Source: Asterionella formosa (Eukaryota). From it: 64,000 nt of DNA. The position numbers and the translations under genes were made by a program. Positions 35,601-48,347 of this stretch are shown one piece after another (positions within the stretch are counted from its first letter, which is position 1; each line of letters starts with the position of its first letter). The notes beneath the pieces are model-generated. The model had not been told where the DNA came from. It made no database searches and was given only the letters and a program-made list of their open reading frames with translations. The stretch is from positions 1-64,000 of the forward strand of contig NKIB01013060.1 in assembly GCA_002256025.1 (NCBI GenBank), read 5' to 3'.

Positions 35601-36720
35601 TTGATCAAATCAATAAAATTGTAAGAGTTCGCAACAACATTATTTTCTTACCAGTCCAACTAGCCCTCACAGTGGTATTATGGCGAAATTACACCACTTC
35701 ACGGCAATATTATGCTCGTCTCAGCACCACAAGATTAAATAAAGAGTCCCTCCTTTCAATTTAATTTTCTTTTTTCACTGCCATAATTTTCCTTGATAGC
35801 AACTGCCAAAGAACCGCACATGTATTTGTTGGTGCCAATACCTGCATCCATGATTACACAAATTGCTTGCTGGTAGTAAAATCAATTCTCAGTTGATAAA
35901 TAAGTAGTTTAACAGCCTTTGCTTCAACTACTAATGTTATTGTTATAGTCGTCTTCTTATTCGTTGTTCAGAATGCAGAATGCTCCAGATGATCACAACA
36001 ACTACACTATAGCATTTTGTATAGACAAAAGAATTGCAGTATCTCATCTAATTAATAATTTACCATGTAGCACTTATGAGGGCTACCTTGGTTACCCTGG
36101 AAGGTGCAGTAAAAAACGATTTTACTTAAGAAAATATTAAGTTAAATCTCGTGATTACCAGACCTTCCTTGGAATGAATCCAGCCATACTTATTTTCCTT
36201 AATAAGTATAATTCCTGGTAGTTGAAGGGTGATAAAATTGGAGGTCCTCATGGTACACTCGTACAACACTGTAGACCACAACAGTATTTGCGTGTTTGTT
36301 TTCTAGGAGTCTGGTATATTGCATTGGGAAATGAGCAAAATTGACTGCGCCCATATTTAATTAATTATTTATAGACCAGCAGCACACAATCACGTCATCT
36401 TTTTTGCACCACATAGAAAAATCATGCCAAATTCAAGGAAACCGCAATGATGAAGGTTGCCTCTCATGGTCAGTTTGATGTGATTGTAACTATTTCTGAT
36501 CTTCTACTTCTCACATCTCTTTCTCCTTTCTTAATTGCAGCTTCTCAAGTAACAAGGGTAAACGCGTGGAGCAAGGTCTACTGTAAGCCAGCTCAAGTAT
36601 TTCAATTTGGAGCAAGCAATGCATCTCAAGTAAGGAGAAACCCTGCAACAATGCAGCAATGCTCCTTTGAATCAAGCTCTGTTCCCACCGGAGTATCAGT
36701 TGACTGTTATCATGGTTCTC

Positions 36721-38509
36721 TTACTCACTAGTTATGGTTGATTGCAAAGGTGATCTGCAATCCTCCAATGTATCATCCGGTGAGACTCGCACTTTGATCT
36801 TGCGGATAAAATGCTTTGGCAACACCCGCAGCCGTCGGTGAAATTGATACCCTGACACTTTCTTTTCGTCTGTCGCTTTGTCCAGATCCAGCTCAAGCTC
36901 ACATCGACCTTCCAGGCGAAGCTTCCCCTCTCCGTCATGACCTAAAATCACCATTTCACCATTCCGAGGATTGGCCAACATACTGAATTGATCAATACTA
37001 TATCGGAAATATCGTGCGAGTAAGACACGGATAGAAATTCCGTGAGTAACGAGTACATAGTTGCTTGACTTGTTGAGATCAAAACTTCGCCACAGGGAGT
37101 CCAAGAATGTAGAGACTCGATCAAATACATCCGAGGCTGATTCACCATGAGGAAAGCGATAGAAAAAAGCACCAAATTTATGACGTTCTTCTTTGCACCG
37201 TTTTATTTCGGCAGGGTTCTGGAAAGATGAATGATGCTTAGCAATAAGTTCTCATTTCTATAGAATTCATCCCATTACCACAATTATTCCATTTACCTGA
37301 TAATTTCCAAAATCTTGTTCACGAATTCGCGGGTCTTCGTGCCAAGTTAGCCCGAGTTCCAAAAGCTTCCCATACCAAGCTGTTAACCTTTTTTCCCTGC
37401 CCTTGATGTGATTGAACTTGGATGGATCACACCAGGCCGACACGATTCCGTGAAATGTTTCTACTGTTCGAACGTACGGGGACACAATAAAGTGAACTGG
37501 TTCACCAGTCGCAATAACTCGTTCTTTCAATATTTGGCCCGCCTTGATCGCTTGCTCCCAGCCAAGCCTTGTAAGTCGCATGGCATTGTCTGGCGTCGTG
37601 GAATACAATCGTTCGTCAACGTTGCCTTCCGATTGACCGTGCCGGACCATTACAACCTTGTTGGGCATGATGCGAGCATTGTATTGCGCCCTAGCAGCTC
37701 GGTTGTGGTGAGCTAATCCATTACCTGGTGCATATTCGAAGGAATACGGTCGATTAAGGAATACAGCATCAGCTTCCTCGCCGGCATACATTTCCTGTTG
37801 CATCCTTTCTTCGTCCATGAATACATCGACGCCAATGGAGGATTCAGAATGTGTTGATACAAAGGAGCCGATCTTTTTTCGAATTGTATCACCCCAACTA
37901 GAACTTCTTGCTGTCGTCGCCTTTTCCAATGGCGGAAATAACGCTGGCATCTCGTCTATGAAAGATTTCTTTCGAGTGAGCGAGGTCCATAGAAAAGCCT
38001 GTTCCGATGACGACGAATCGTTGTCCTCCTCGTCTAGGGCGTTTTCGACGCCATCGATCACTTCGATTTCTGTATTTTCTTCAAAGTGGCTCCAGTTATT
38101 GTTTTTGGGGTGGAAATCGAATTCGTTCTCCTGGTCCTACATAGCAATGGTCAGACATTCAGATTGTTGAGCATCAAGTCGACCCCATCATCTCTGAATT
38201 ACTCACCTTCTCTCCCGCTGACTTCACCGGTGATCCCATTAAATCATTGACGTTTTGCTGATGACTGAGCCGACGACCATTCTTTCCCCCATAACTGTGG
38301 GAAAGCTCATCCAGATAATCCTGCAGATCGTCGTAGCTCATGCGTTCTGCCAGTCGCTTGTTCAGATAGAGCTGTCGTAATTGAATCAATTGGTCGTCAT
38401 CCTTTTTCCTAATCTTGTATTGCATCAACTGAGAAGCGAGCGCTGTGGCAAGAAAGAGGCACATGGTCGACAATGATACATTGCCATTGATACTTGCAGA
38501 CTCCATCAT
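36721..38509 (-). CDS. Histidine phosphatase / phosphoglycerate mutase-like protein, 3 exons: 38509-38207, 38136-37297, 37218-36721
   Basis: RHGQSEGN, VSPYVRT, EDPRIREQDFGN, YRFPHGESASDVFDRV and VTHG motifs; introns 38206-38137 and 37296-37219 are canonical and in frame. Confidence 0.92.
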
Positions 38510-38614
38510 GATGTTGTGGTCTCATGATTTGAATAATAATATTGTGATGTATTTTTATGAAGGTTCTGACTGGTATGTCGTATGTACCGGTACGGTGATG
38601 ATGCGATCATCTTC

Positions 38615-38972
38615 TGGAAGCCTGGAAACGCACATTTTAAGCACACTTTTTCAGCTTCCACTCACTCCCAATGATTTGTCACATGCCTACTGGAAGAGAA
38701 AGGCTGGCTTCCCATTCAAAACTCTCTTAATAAGTAAGATTATTATGCCATTAAATTATCATTCATTAAATCCAAGTCATGTTCTGATCATCAAAATTGT
38801 GTTCCCCTACTTCAACTGGTAATGATATTCAGCAACTGGATGACAGTTTGCTTTTATGGTTCACCAATCAGTAACTTCTAGTTTTAGTCAGAAAATTCTA
38901 GTTGTTTGTTAGCCATTTGTAATCATTGTCAGCAAGTTCTAGTCATTGTTAGCAAATATCTAGTCATATGTG
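38615..38972 (+). repeat. Dispersed repeat with terminal 20-bp tandem array (copy 1)
   Basis: Reverse-complement homolog of 49743-50106 (e.g. ATTCATTAAATCCAAGTCATGTTCTGATCATC); TCTAGTCATTGTCAGCAA-type units. Confidence 0.8.
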
Positions 38973-39807
38973 TGTACTGGAAAATGAAGACTTGGATAGG
39001 TTGTGTATGATGCTCCATGGGTGTGTTTCCATGTGTTAATTTTTGTTTATACCATTCCATTCAAATATTATTGAGTCCTTCTAGTCCAGACTGATCTGTG
39101 CCTGTGGATTTTTCATGTTGTGACTGGCACACTACTATTTATATTAGAGAAGTTCAAATTTAAAATCTAATATAGCCCTTTCATTCAGGAGAAGGATTAC
39201 TATTCAACAATGTATCTAAAGTAAAAGGAAAGTGACATAGAGGTTTTCATATTGAGCCTCAAAGAGAGACTGAAATCAGCCTAATGAGCCAGAAAGGACC
39301 CGACATGCTCACGCATTTTTGTTCATTTTTTTCTATGAAAATCGTAAGTGTAGTGGAACGGAATCGTTTGATTGGATTCTGACACTCTGGTGTAAAGTGA
39401 CCCCGAATAACAAAAAAAGCCGGGTTAAATTGCTACAAGACTCGAACACAAAAAGTACCTCTATTTGAAGGACCTGGTAATTTGCATTCATCGCAGACGA
39501 CGACACTGCTTAGTGATAGAGATTGTCTTGAAATTGATCATAGAAGGGACGAATTGTGCCCACTGGAATTTTCCGATCACATTCCATACGGCTGAGTTTC
39601 ACCCCACCTCTTCTAGTAGTACGTAACCCTACGTGGAATTCAGAGGAAGGCAATCGAACCGTCCCACTCAACGAAAGGGTGCCGCAAATTGTCGCCGCTC
39701 CTGAATACAGTTGTATTTTTACTATCGTGATCAGTCAAGTCAAGCGGCGCTGTCTCTTTCAATCAAGTGATCTACTTTTGGGACACTAAGAAGTGATCCT
39801 TCCAAAC

Positions 39808-42800
39808 ATGTCTAACAAACCGAACGATGACCCGCTACCGCACATACACGGCGTAGGATGCGAAAGCATTCCCATGTTCAATCAACACGGAACTGCTTAT
39901 AGCCAAGAAGAACGTGAAAACCTGGCGAAAAAGAAAGGAATCTGCGTAAGATGTGGGATCAGGACTCACGAAAAAGGAATGTTCACATCGAGGGGGTTGA
40001 CCAACGCACGCGTCTATCAAGGCTTTTGCATTCAAGACTATTCATCACAAGTCCCTCCTTCCATTTACCAGGAATGGGAGGCTCAATTTAGACCCCAGGT
40101 GGCAGCAGTTCAGGCCGCCTCTGCGGGGAACAGAAAATTCCGCAACGCAGCGAGAGCGATTCAATTTTCACATGACTCTGCACACAGCCATCCTAGCCCT
40201 TCGCATGGTCCACAAGGCGCCGGGGGATCAAATCTTGCTCACTCGACCTCTTCTCTAGGTGTCGCAAACACCAGCAGCCTTCGCGCAGCGGCTGTCCCTA
40301 TAACACGAGATTTGCTGAGGGACCAGAATTCGCAGCACCAGGAGCAATGGCCTTCTGGTGGTGAGCAAATCCTTCCATCACCAGGAAACCAAAGGGTTAC
40401 ACGGCCCGCACCAAACGCTTCACCGGCGGCACGTTCACCCCCTGGTTCTGATACAATTGTACACGAAGATTACTCTGGGGGGACGTCAGATGAAATCGAC
40501 TGGCAGCTTGGAACGGCGCTTCGCGATACCATTGATAAGCCTACAGTCCTTAAACAGAAGTTGCATCGTTTGCGAAATATTGGTGATCATTCGGGTACTG
40601 CCTTGAATCAAATCAAGGAGGTAATGGATCTGTATAGCAACGATCCGCGAGTCATGGCAGTATCCTGCAGTGCGTTATGGCGTGTGACGGCTGAGGACGA
40701 CGGCAAGAAGGAAGAAGCTTCTGAGTTAGGTGTAATTATTGACGTGGTAAACGCCTTGCGAAATTCAAATGATAGCTATGACACCGATTTTGTGACATGG
40801 GCGCTTGGATGCCTAACGTGCTTATCACATGGTTTCGGGAACAAAGGAATTATTGCCGAAGCTGGGGGTATTGAGGCAATTGTCGCCTCGTTGGAGAGTC
40901 ATCCCAAGTCGGGTGGTGTTTTTGAATGGTCTGCTCGGGCTCTGCATTCTCTTGTTTATTGTTACGAGAATGAAGGCGACGAAAAGTATAAGAAGCTCGC
41001 GAACGCAGCAATCAGGAAGAATATCGTTTACATTGATGAAGCCGGCGGGATTCGAGCACTTGTGTCGTCGATGAAAAATCATTCATCCGAAGCAATTGCT
41101 CAAATGTGGGTCATGAAATTGCTGTGGCGCCTTCAAGATCGTGAGGAAGAGTCTGCTACTCGTCGAGTGATTCAGAAAATGTGCGATGAACACGTAGTCC
41201 AGGCTTTGGTCAAGGTGTTGAAAGGTCGATCAACAACTCCAGCTGTCTACGAGTATACCGCCTCACTCATGTTTAATGTGCTAGCCGGATCAAGGAACCA
41301 GAATATTCCCGATGAGGCTGGTGACTGTCTAAGAAAAACTCTTCGGATGATGACAGAGCATCCAAATAATGAGTCGCTGCAAGAGGCATGCTGTCGTCTA
41401 TTGTCAGGGTTGGCTAGCAGTTGCAGGCTTCAGATTAAGGAAGACAATGGCTTGACGACTGTCATTTCCGCTATGTCAAAATTTCCCACAAATCTCGAGC
41501 TCCAAGAAGCCTGTGGCTGGATTTTGTGGACTATGTCTTACATCCCTGCATTCTTTGATTACGCTATTTTGACCAAAGCCTTTGATTCTTTGAAGGTATC
41601 ACTTCAAACTCATACAGAGGCAGTGACACTGATGACCTGTGTGTGCGGTATGATTGCCAATGTCGTACTCTCTAACAATACCAATTTTAAGGACATTCCA
41701 GTCAAACTTCCTGTCATTGCTTTATCCTTAAAATCGGATGAGCGACGACTGTTTGACGAAGCTGGGCGTGCCCTTGCCAATATGTGTATGCAGTCTGCGA
41801 ACCTATCGCGAAAAGTTGTCGAAAACAACGGTATTCAAGCTCTTATCAACTGCTTAGGATCTTCTGGTCAACCAAGTAATGGGGTGATTTCAGCTCTATG
41901 CATTATCTCGAATGCAAGCGACGATAATAAAAGGGCGATGATTCAGGCCGGTTGCCTATTGATTGCAAACAAGAAAATTCAAGAATCCTGGTCTATCTTA
42001 GTCACCGAAAAGTTGCTGGAGCTTATGTCTTCTATGGCATTGGGAGAGAGAAGAAGCGTTTTTCAACTTCCCAATAATATTTTTGCTGATATCATTCAGG
42101 TGATGAGAACTCAACTGAGATCAGACCATCACTCCTTGGAAGTTGCTTGCAGTACCATATGTAACCTTTTGTGTGTCTCTACTCCTGGTACGACAACTCT
42201 TATCTTTGACGACATTGTTGAATACATGACAGAATTAATCAGCAGTCAATTGATGGAGGTCCAACTTAAGGTGTCAGCGTGTAGCGTACTTTGGGCACTC
42301 ACAGCTCGGCACACAAATCAGACGACTGCTGATATGTCGACGATGTTTAGGTCGGTTGTTGGATGCATGAAAATTTACAATGGTACTGATCAACCTTACA
42401 ATTCGGAACTTCAGTCCAGTGCAGCTGGCGCGTTGGCGAGTATTACCAATTGCATTCGTGACAATAATATTCGCGTCACTAGCGATGACCTTAAGGTGAT
42501 TTTTGAGGTGTTTTACATGACAATTAATGATGATGTGCCTCGAGTTGAGATACTGGAGAAGCTACTTGAGGTACTGTTGAACTTGTCTATTTTTGATGAA
42601 AGCATGGTTGTACAGGAAGGAGGTCTCGTTGTTGTCCTCGACACAATGATAGCGCACGAGCGCGTAGAGGGTATACAGGAGAAAGGATGTTCTATTCTGG
42701 CCTTGCTTTCGTCGACAGAGAATTTGCAAGTCAATATTTCTATTACTGAGACTGACGGTATTGATTTGATCGTGAGCGCACTCGCGTCGTTTTCCTCAAA

Positions 42801-43755
42801 TCAGCGCATTCAAGTAGATGCCTGTAAAGCTTTGTCGCACTTGAGTGTCGACCATGAATCGAGAATGCTCATTGCTTCACAAGGTGGCCTTATCCTCATC
42901 GTCAATGCAATGAATAGTAACCAAGACAATGTTAATTTGCTTGAAGCCGCGTGCTCGGCTATTTTGAATCTATCGGCTGACTCTGAGGAACAAGTTCTTG
43001 TCGACTCAAATGTCGTTGAAGCAGTTGTCAATCTCATGACGCATCATCGAGACGCTTCATTGCTTCAAGAAAAGGCACTTGGCGTGCTCCAAAATGTCTC
43101 AATGCGAAATGCAAATGCAAAGGCTTCTATCAGTCAAGCCGGTGGAATCCGTGCTGTGGCCGCGGCTATTAGAGAGTTCATAGGTTCTCCCAATGTATTG
43201 GAGAGAGCGTTTACGACAATGTGGAGTTTGGCTGTGCTTGAGCAAAACCAAGTCGACATAGCCAATTCTGGCGGAATAGGTCTTGTAGTGAATGGTATGA
43301 TGGCTAACATCGACAGCGAAAAGGTTCAGAAACAAGCGTGTGGGTGCTTATGTGTTCTCTCGTCGAACTCTCGAAATAAAACACTCATAAGGGAAGCCGG
43401 TGGCGTTGATGCTATTATTTATGCCATGTGGGCTCATTATGACTCTGAGATCCTCTTGATTGAAGCATGTAAAGCTTTGTCGAGTCTTGCGGTAAACGTA
43501 CAAACGAACGAAGTTATGCTTGCGACAGATGGAGAAGTCAACGCAATTATATCTGCGATGCGTAGGTTCCCTGACTCAGCAAAGCTACAAGAGAACTCAT
43601 GCATTGTATTGAGAAATTTCATGCTTTCGCAAGAAAATGCGGACTTGATCGGGAATAGTGCAAGTGAGCTTATTGGTTTGTTGCAACGAGCGTCAGCACG
43701 TTTCCCTGATAAGTGCAGAGATCGAGCCAATCAAATACTTGCCAATCTAGTCTAA
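39808..43755 (+). CDS. Large Armadillo-repeat protein with N-terminal Cys/His motif
   Basis: 1315-aa ORF with many GGI..IV.AM..H.....VQ..AC.AL..L repeats; N-terminal GICVRCGIRTH. Confidence 0.92.
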   Translation: MSNKPNDDPLPHIHGVGCESIPMFNQHGTAYSQEERENLAKKKGICVRCGIRTHEKGMFTSRGLTNARVYQGFCIQDYSSQVPPSIYQEWEAQFRPQVAAVQAASAGNRKFRNAARAIQFSHDSAHSHPSPSHGPQGAGGSNLAHSTSSLGVANTSSLRAAAVPITRDLLRDQNSQHQEQWPSGGEQILPSPGNQRVTRPAPNASPAARSPPGSDTIVHEDYSGGTSDEIDWQLGTALRDTIDKPTVLKQKLHRLRNIGDHSGTALNQIKEVMDLYSNDPRVMAVSCSALWRVTAEDDGKKEEASELGVIIDVVNALRNSNDSYDTDFVTWALGCLTCLSHGFGNKGIIAEAGGIEAIVASLESHPKSGGVFEWSARALHSLVYCYENEGDEKYKKLANAAIRKNIVYIDEAGGIRALVSSMKNHSSEAIAQMWVMKLLWRLQDREEESATRRVIQKMCDEHVVQALVKVLKGRSTTPAVYEYTASLMFNVLAGSRNQNIPDEAGDCLRKTLRMMTEHPNNESLQEACCRLLSGLASSCRLQIKEDNGLTTVISAMSKFPTNLELQEACGWILWTMSYIPAFFDYAILTKAFDSLKVSLQTHTEAVTLMTCVCGMIANVVLSNNTNFKDIPVKLPVIALSLKSDERRLFDEAGRALANMCMQSANLSRKVVENNGIQALINCLGSSGQPSNGVISALCIISNASDDNKRAMIQAGCLLIANKKIQESWSILVTEKLLELMSSMALGERRSVFQLPNNIFADIIQVMRTQLRSDHHSLEVACSTICNLLCVSTPGTTTLIFDDIVEYMTELISSQLMEVQLKVSACSVLWALTARHTNQTTADMSTMFRSVVGCMKIYNGTDQPYNSELQSSAAGALASITNCIRDNNIRVTSDDLKVIFEVFYMTINDDVPRVEILEKLLEVLLNLSIFDESMVVQEGGLVVVLDTMIAHERVEGIQEKGCSILALLSSTENLQVNISITETDGIDLIVSALASFSSNQRIQVDACKALSHLSVDHESRMLIASQGGLILIVNAMNSNQDNVNLLEAACSAILNLSADSEEQVLVDSNVVEAVVNLMTHHRDASLLQEKALGVLQNVSMRNANAKASISQAGGIRAVAAAIREFIGSPNVLERAFTTMWSLAVLEQNQVDIANSGGIGLVVNGMMANIDSEKVQKQACGCLCVLSSNSRNKTLIREAGGVDAIIYAMWAHYDSEILLIEACKALSSLAVNVQTNEVMLATDGEVNAIISAMRRFPDSAKLQENSCIVLRNFMLSQENADLIGNSASELIGLLQRASARFPDKCRDRANQILANLV

Positions 43756-43948
43756 GTGTAATCAAATTCCTTTTTCGTTACGTTGCATATTTTTGGTGAA
43801 GTGTTCAAATTCTTTGCCAGATGAATCCACGTTCTCGGCATGCTAAACTCTATGCTCTAGAATACTCGCTAGCCAGCGTCATTTGCATGTTCATGTTATA
43901 AGTAGCTTATAGCCTAGTGTACAATTGGAGTGCCACTGTCAGAGGCAA

Positions 43949-46780
43949 TTACTCAGCTGATACCAGCTGTGCTTGTCTCTGTATGGCTCTTTTTTGCTGT
44001 TCTGCAACGAGTGTTGGAGTAGACTTGTTTGACTTCAACGCGTGACCCATGATGGACTCACCAAATGTTGAATTGTAGTCTAACTTACCGTTTTGTTTTC
44101 GACTTCGTGTAGAAAACTTCTCTTCATCACTTTGATTGCGTGTCTTGAAGCAAGTCGTCTTTCCCTTCTTATATATCTTTAATGTTGCGGTAAGGAGCAG
44201 CGCAAATACCACAATGAACCCTGCAACAACAAGTACAGCCTCGGGCTCCTTGGAAAAAACCCTGCCCGCAAATTTCGTTACGCATCCATCATTGAGCACG
44301 AAGAAGGCCAGGCGGTAGCCATGGATAATAAGAGCGGCAATATGGTTTAATGTAACGGAAAACAAAAGGCCAGCGATGGAAATCCTAGACACAATGAAGG
44401 TAAACAATACCGGGGGACTGTTCACAGCATTGGCAAGCAAAGAAAATAATCCCTTTGACTTCATTGAATTCATTTCTGCTTCCAACCTTGACAGGCGTGT
44501 CTCGTGTTCGTTTTGAAGGCGTTCAAACTCTTTGGCCATGTCAAGAATAATGTCCTGGTAACATGCAACGAGATCCTTCGAAAACTGATCTTGGACTGAC
44601 TGTGAAACCTGAAGCAGCTTGATCTCATCGGTCAAGGTTTTAAAGATTGGTTCCATTCGTAAGTTTGCTCCACTGTGCTGGCCGTTTGTCACAGCTGCTT
44701 TGGCGTTGGCTTTGGAAGCCAGCAAGTCGGGATAGTTCAGGTTTTGAAGACATCTGGAATTTGGAAATCTCCTGAGAGCATCAACAAGACCTTCGGGGAT
44801 TTTGTATCCCGATGATTCGTATTGGATGTCGTCCTTTTGCTTCGAAAGAGTTTCTGCGTTGTTAACGTCTAAATAACTAAAGTTCCCGTCCCGTGCAGCT
44901 TTCTCTGTGGTGTCTGGAGGTATTTCTTTCTCGGTTTCGATTCCATGTTCTGGTTCAAGGGTTGATATTTCGATATCACCTGATAATTGAGAAGATTCTC
45001 GTTTGATATCTGGCTTCCTCTCGAATTCATCGATGCCACTTAGTGTGACACTGTAGAGGTCGGCATCCCCTGACATCTGGTCAATTACTTCGCTCTCGTA
45101 CTCATTGTGTACCGCAACACTCTCGGTGATAGTAGAGGGGTCCCTGTCATGTGCCGCTTTGATGGTTGTTTTGATCTTCTGTTGAAGCTTTTCTATAGCC
45201 TCAGGGGCTTCCTTGGCAACACTTATGATCACCTCTGATGCTTCGGCCACAAAAGCCTTGACTGCAACATTGACAGCTTTCAGGGCAGTGAAATTTTCGG
45301 TGGCGACTTTCTTGTCAACAGGAGGCGAGTCACTGGAGTTATCCGCTATTTCTTGGGCAATTCGGTCACTAGAAGTTGGTGAAGCTTCAGGATGAACATC
45401 CAGAATAGCAGTCACCAAACGCTTTTTGAGATCTTCGTCAATCAATGGAAATGTTTCAATATTATTTTTTGCAGATTTTGCATCGGCAACCGTTGGCGCA
45501 GAATCGTCGACAGTCTTTGTGCCGATATGTATATCAGCTTTGTCGTTAACCTCGTCAATTTTTGAAGGAGTTTCCTCTATTGTCGTTTGTGTTAGCGAAC
45601 CATGTCTATCATGAAATTCGGTCTCTTCTTCTCCGGTATTGTCCACGTGTGCTTGCTCCGTTTCCACAGAGAATGCATCAGTGGAATTCTGGGATACATC
45701 AGGAACCTCTTGCCCTTCCTTACTTTCTACGTCGCCACCGTGTTCATCTCCATCATTCCATTGCTCACGAAATCCCTGCAACATTGTGCTTCCATGAACT
45801 TTGATTTGGCTGATGGTACAATAATGCTCCATCCCAAAATGGCTCAAAAACCGAAATTTCAAATAGCGTGCCCATGACGGCTCCAGCAAATCAAAGGCTT
45901 GTTCTCCATTCCCGGCATGAGCATCGAAGGTACCCAGATCCACCCAATCTCCCATCGTCTGACTTCCTAGTATCTGAAATGTCTGCACATGGCTACTATA
46001 CCGCTCATAGTTGGCCAATTTGACTTGTTTGACCAAAATATCTTCACTCAACCCAATAACGACAAACTTCTTGTCATTACAAGGTGCTATTGCGTACTTG
46101 TCCTTGTCTCCGTTGAGCAAATTGGATGTACCTTTCATCGATGATGACTTTTCAAGAATCAAGGCGCCGGCCGATTTACTGGCGTAATCAACTAAAACAC
46201 GTTCAATTAGACCGTCATCTGCCTCTTCTGATTCCTTGATAGTTTTTGATTCCGCTCCTTTTTGAGTATCTTGCGACTCCACTGGCCCTGTTACTTCCTG
46301 GTCCGAGGAGTCACTTGTGTCTCCTTGAGGGCGAACTTGATCAGAATCAATACCGTTCTGATTTTCAGCTGCATCTTCAATACCTCTAGTTTCATCTAAT
46401 GAAACCTTTTTTCTCTCTTGGTCCGAAAACTCATTTTGTTGGTCCACCACGGCTTGCATTGGTTCGCCATTGGCTGTTTCGCTTCTACTTGTGTTTTCTT
46501 TCTTTATCGGATTCTGTACCAATATGTTTTCCGCTAACTCGCTAGGCATTGGTTTCGCACCAGTAGTATATTCTCCAGTGATTGATGATACATCATCAGT
46601 CGACGTGAATTCAATGGGCAGGGCGGGTAAGCTGCGCAAAGCATCGTCGTGAATAGGTTCTGCTGAATTGAAGGGAGGTGATGAACCATCCACTTCGTAG
46701 TTGCTATCATTTGGTATATCATATTCAGCCATTAACGGCAACAAGCCAGTGAGCAAAATTAGGACTCGTCGTCCCAACAT
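43949..46780 (-). CDS. Mid-SUN domain protein (SUCO/Slp1-like)
   Basis: Signal peptide; DYASKSAGALI, NLLNGDKDKYAIAPC, LANYERYSS and HYCTISQIKVHG; coiled coil and C-terminal TMs. Confidence 0.9.
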   Translation of the reverse strand: MLGRRVLILLTGLLPLMAEYDIPNDSNYEVDGSSPPFNSAEPIHDDALRSLPALPIEFTSTDDVSSITGEYTTGAKPMPSELAENILVQNPIKKENTSRSETANGEPMQAVVDQQNEFSDQERKKVSLDETRGIEDAAENQNGIDSDQVRPQGDTSDSSDQEVTGPVESQDTQKGAESKTIKESEEADDGLIERVLVDYASKSAGALILEKSSSMKGTSNLLNGDKDKYAIAPCNDKKFVVIGLSEDILVKQVKLANYERYSSHVQTFQILGSQTMGDWVDLGTFDAHAGNGEQAFDLLEPSWARYLKFRFLSHFGMEHYCTISQIKVHGSTMLQGFREQWNDGDEHGGDVESKEGQEVPDVSQNSTDAFSVETEQAHVDNTGEEETEFHDRHGSLTQTTIEETPSKIDEVNDKADIHIGTKTVDDSAPTVADAKSAKNNIETFPLIDEDLKKRLVTAILDVHPEASPTSSDRIAQEIADNSSDSPPVDKKVATENFTALKAVNVAVKAFVAEASEVIISVAKEAPEAIEKLQQKIKTTIKAAHDRDPSTITESVAVHNEYESEVIDQMSGDADLYSVTLSGIDEFERKPDIKRESSQLSGDIEISTLEPEHGIETEKEIPPDTTEKAARDGNFSYLDVNNAETLSKQKDDIQYESSGYKIPEGLVDALRRFPNSRCLQNLNYPDLLASKANAKAAVTNGQHSGANLRMEPIFKTLTDEIKLLQVSQSVQDQFSKDLVACYQDIILDMAKEFERLQNEHETRLSRLEAEMNSMKSKGLFSLLANAVNSPPVLFTFIVSRISIAGLLFSVTLNHIAALIIHGYRLAFFVLNDGCVTKFAGRVFSKEPEAVLVVAGFIVVFALLLTATLKIYKKGKTTCFKTRNQSDEEKFSTRSRKQNGKLDYNSTFGESIMGHALKSNKSTPTLVAEQQKRAIQRQAQLVSAE

Positions 46781-47689
46781 GGCGATTAGAGAAATGTGGG
46801 GGTCACGTTTCCGAATAAAGCTCTCCCTTTCCTTCCAAAACACTCAACGATTGGAATTACTGTGTGGGGGTATTCCTTTTTGTCTGGTGAGTTGAACACT
46901 CTTTGCGTAAATGGATAATTCGACGCCGACCGCTGCAGGGAACTGATTCGCCACAACAATACCACAAGGGCTGGGAGTGGAAACGAAGAAAGAAAGAATT
47001 ATAAATGAGAGGCGTGTTAAACCTTCCTTTCTTTATTTTCTTACCTACGCACCGGTAGCGAGTGTATAATAAGGCCGACAATTATTACCTGGCATGATTA
47101 GTATACATGTATCAGTAGTAGAGCTATATAGTACACGTACGTTGTGTAATGCTACCGGTATTATATATTACACTGCACTATTTTCATGACAGCAAGAGCA
47201 GAAAAGAAGAAAGCAAACATCATTCCGAAATACGTTAATGGTTACAACGCTGCCAGCACCGGTCGTATGTACCGTACACTTGTTATGTACAGTATTTCGT
47301 ACCATAAATTTACGACCGGTTCGTAAATCTACGTAAAGATGATGTTGCTGGTGTCACCTGTCATGCATTTCACACCATACATAAATCCCTCGTCAGAAGA
47401 AACAAGTGGTGGCATCAGTTCAATTCGTGCAAGGGCCAGACGTTGGTGACGTCAATTTAGACATCATTCTTCCGCAATCATCGCTCATTAGAAAAGGATT
47501 ACCGGTACAAGGTAGTAATTGAAGTCAAGAGTATCTATCAGCCAGCCATGATGAGGCATTACCAGACGAACAGCCAGTGCTGATAATGACTGAACAAATT
47601 GTATGACGCATGGTAACAAACCGGTAAGCGAGGGCGGAGGATTGCACATTATGTGGCACGACTGGTACGAGCTCGGATTAATACCATCG

Positions 47690-47880
47690 TGGGCCGGTAT
47701 ATGGTACTCCAGGTACTTCGAGATCCCGGTACCAGGTACTCCGTTATGCATCTACGGTACCGGTATGTTTTGACCATCATCGTACATCGTACATGGTAGG
47801 AGTATTGGTTATTAGCTACTCTGGGTCTACTGTACCAGGGTACCTGCAACAGGGACCAGGGGTACCAGGGTACCTGCAAG
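47690..47880. other. TA-flanked micro-motif cluster in divergent promoter
   Basis: CCCGGTACCAGGTACTCCG, TACGGTACCGGTA, GTACCAGGGTACCTGC twice. Confidence 0.8.
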
Positions 47881-47935
47881 TTGCGGTAAGTAGGCTGGAA
47901 CTAAAGAATTAGCTATCCTTATCCTAGATTAAAAT
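47876..47935 (+). mobile_element. Partial copy of ~91-bp MITE
   Basis: GCAAGTTGCGGTAA...AACTAAAGA.TTAGCT.TC.TTATC.TAGATTAAA matches 56397-56455. Confidence 0.65.
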
Positions 47936-48347
47936 ATGCTCACCGGTAAATGGTATTACATACCATTGTATTCAAACATGCCATCAAACTCATGGGTATA
48001 CCAGTAGTCGATAATCAAAGATGTGTAGACTACTTTCTTTCCTGTTGATTACCCGGGACTCCGTCGCGTTCCTACGCCCCACTTGGAAACTAAGATCCAA
48101 CTGTTCCATAATAATAGCAGCCATGTGAGCAGTGAAGGTTAGCAGGACACATCCACGTTTGTGGGTACATTTCCCACTTTGCACCGGCCGCATCCACAAC
48201 GCTCCCATGGTTCCGAACACAAGCATCTATATACTCCAACTCCCTGTCACTCTCTCTTTCTCCCCTTCTCTGTATGCTCCTCTTACTTTTCCCACCTTGG
48301 TCTCCAACAAACCGTGTCAAAACGTAACGTACAAAACTCCCCAAACC

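Noticed and set aside
39835..46895. Numerous short antisense or alternate-frame ORFs inside the ARM, SUN, MORN, Prp3 and TyrRS genes
   Set aside because: Shadow ORFs of long genes with no independent motifs
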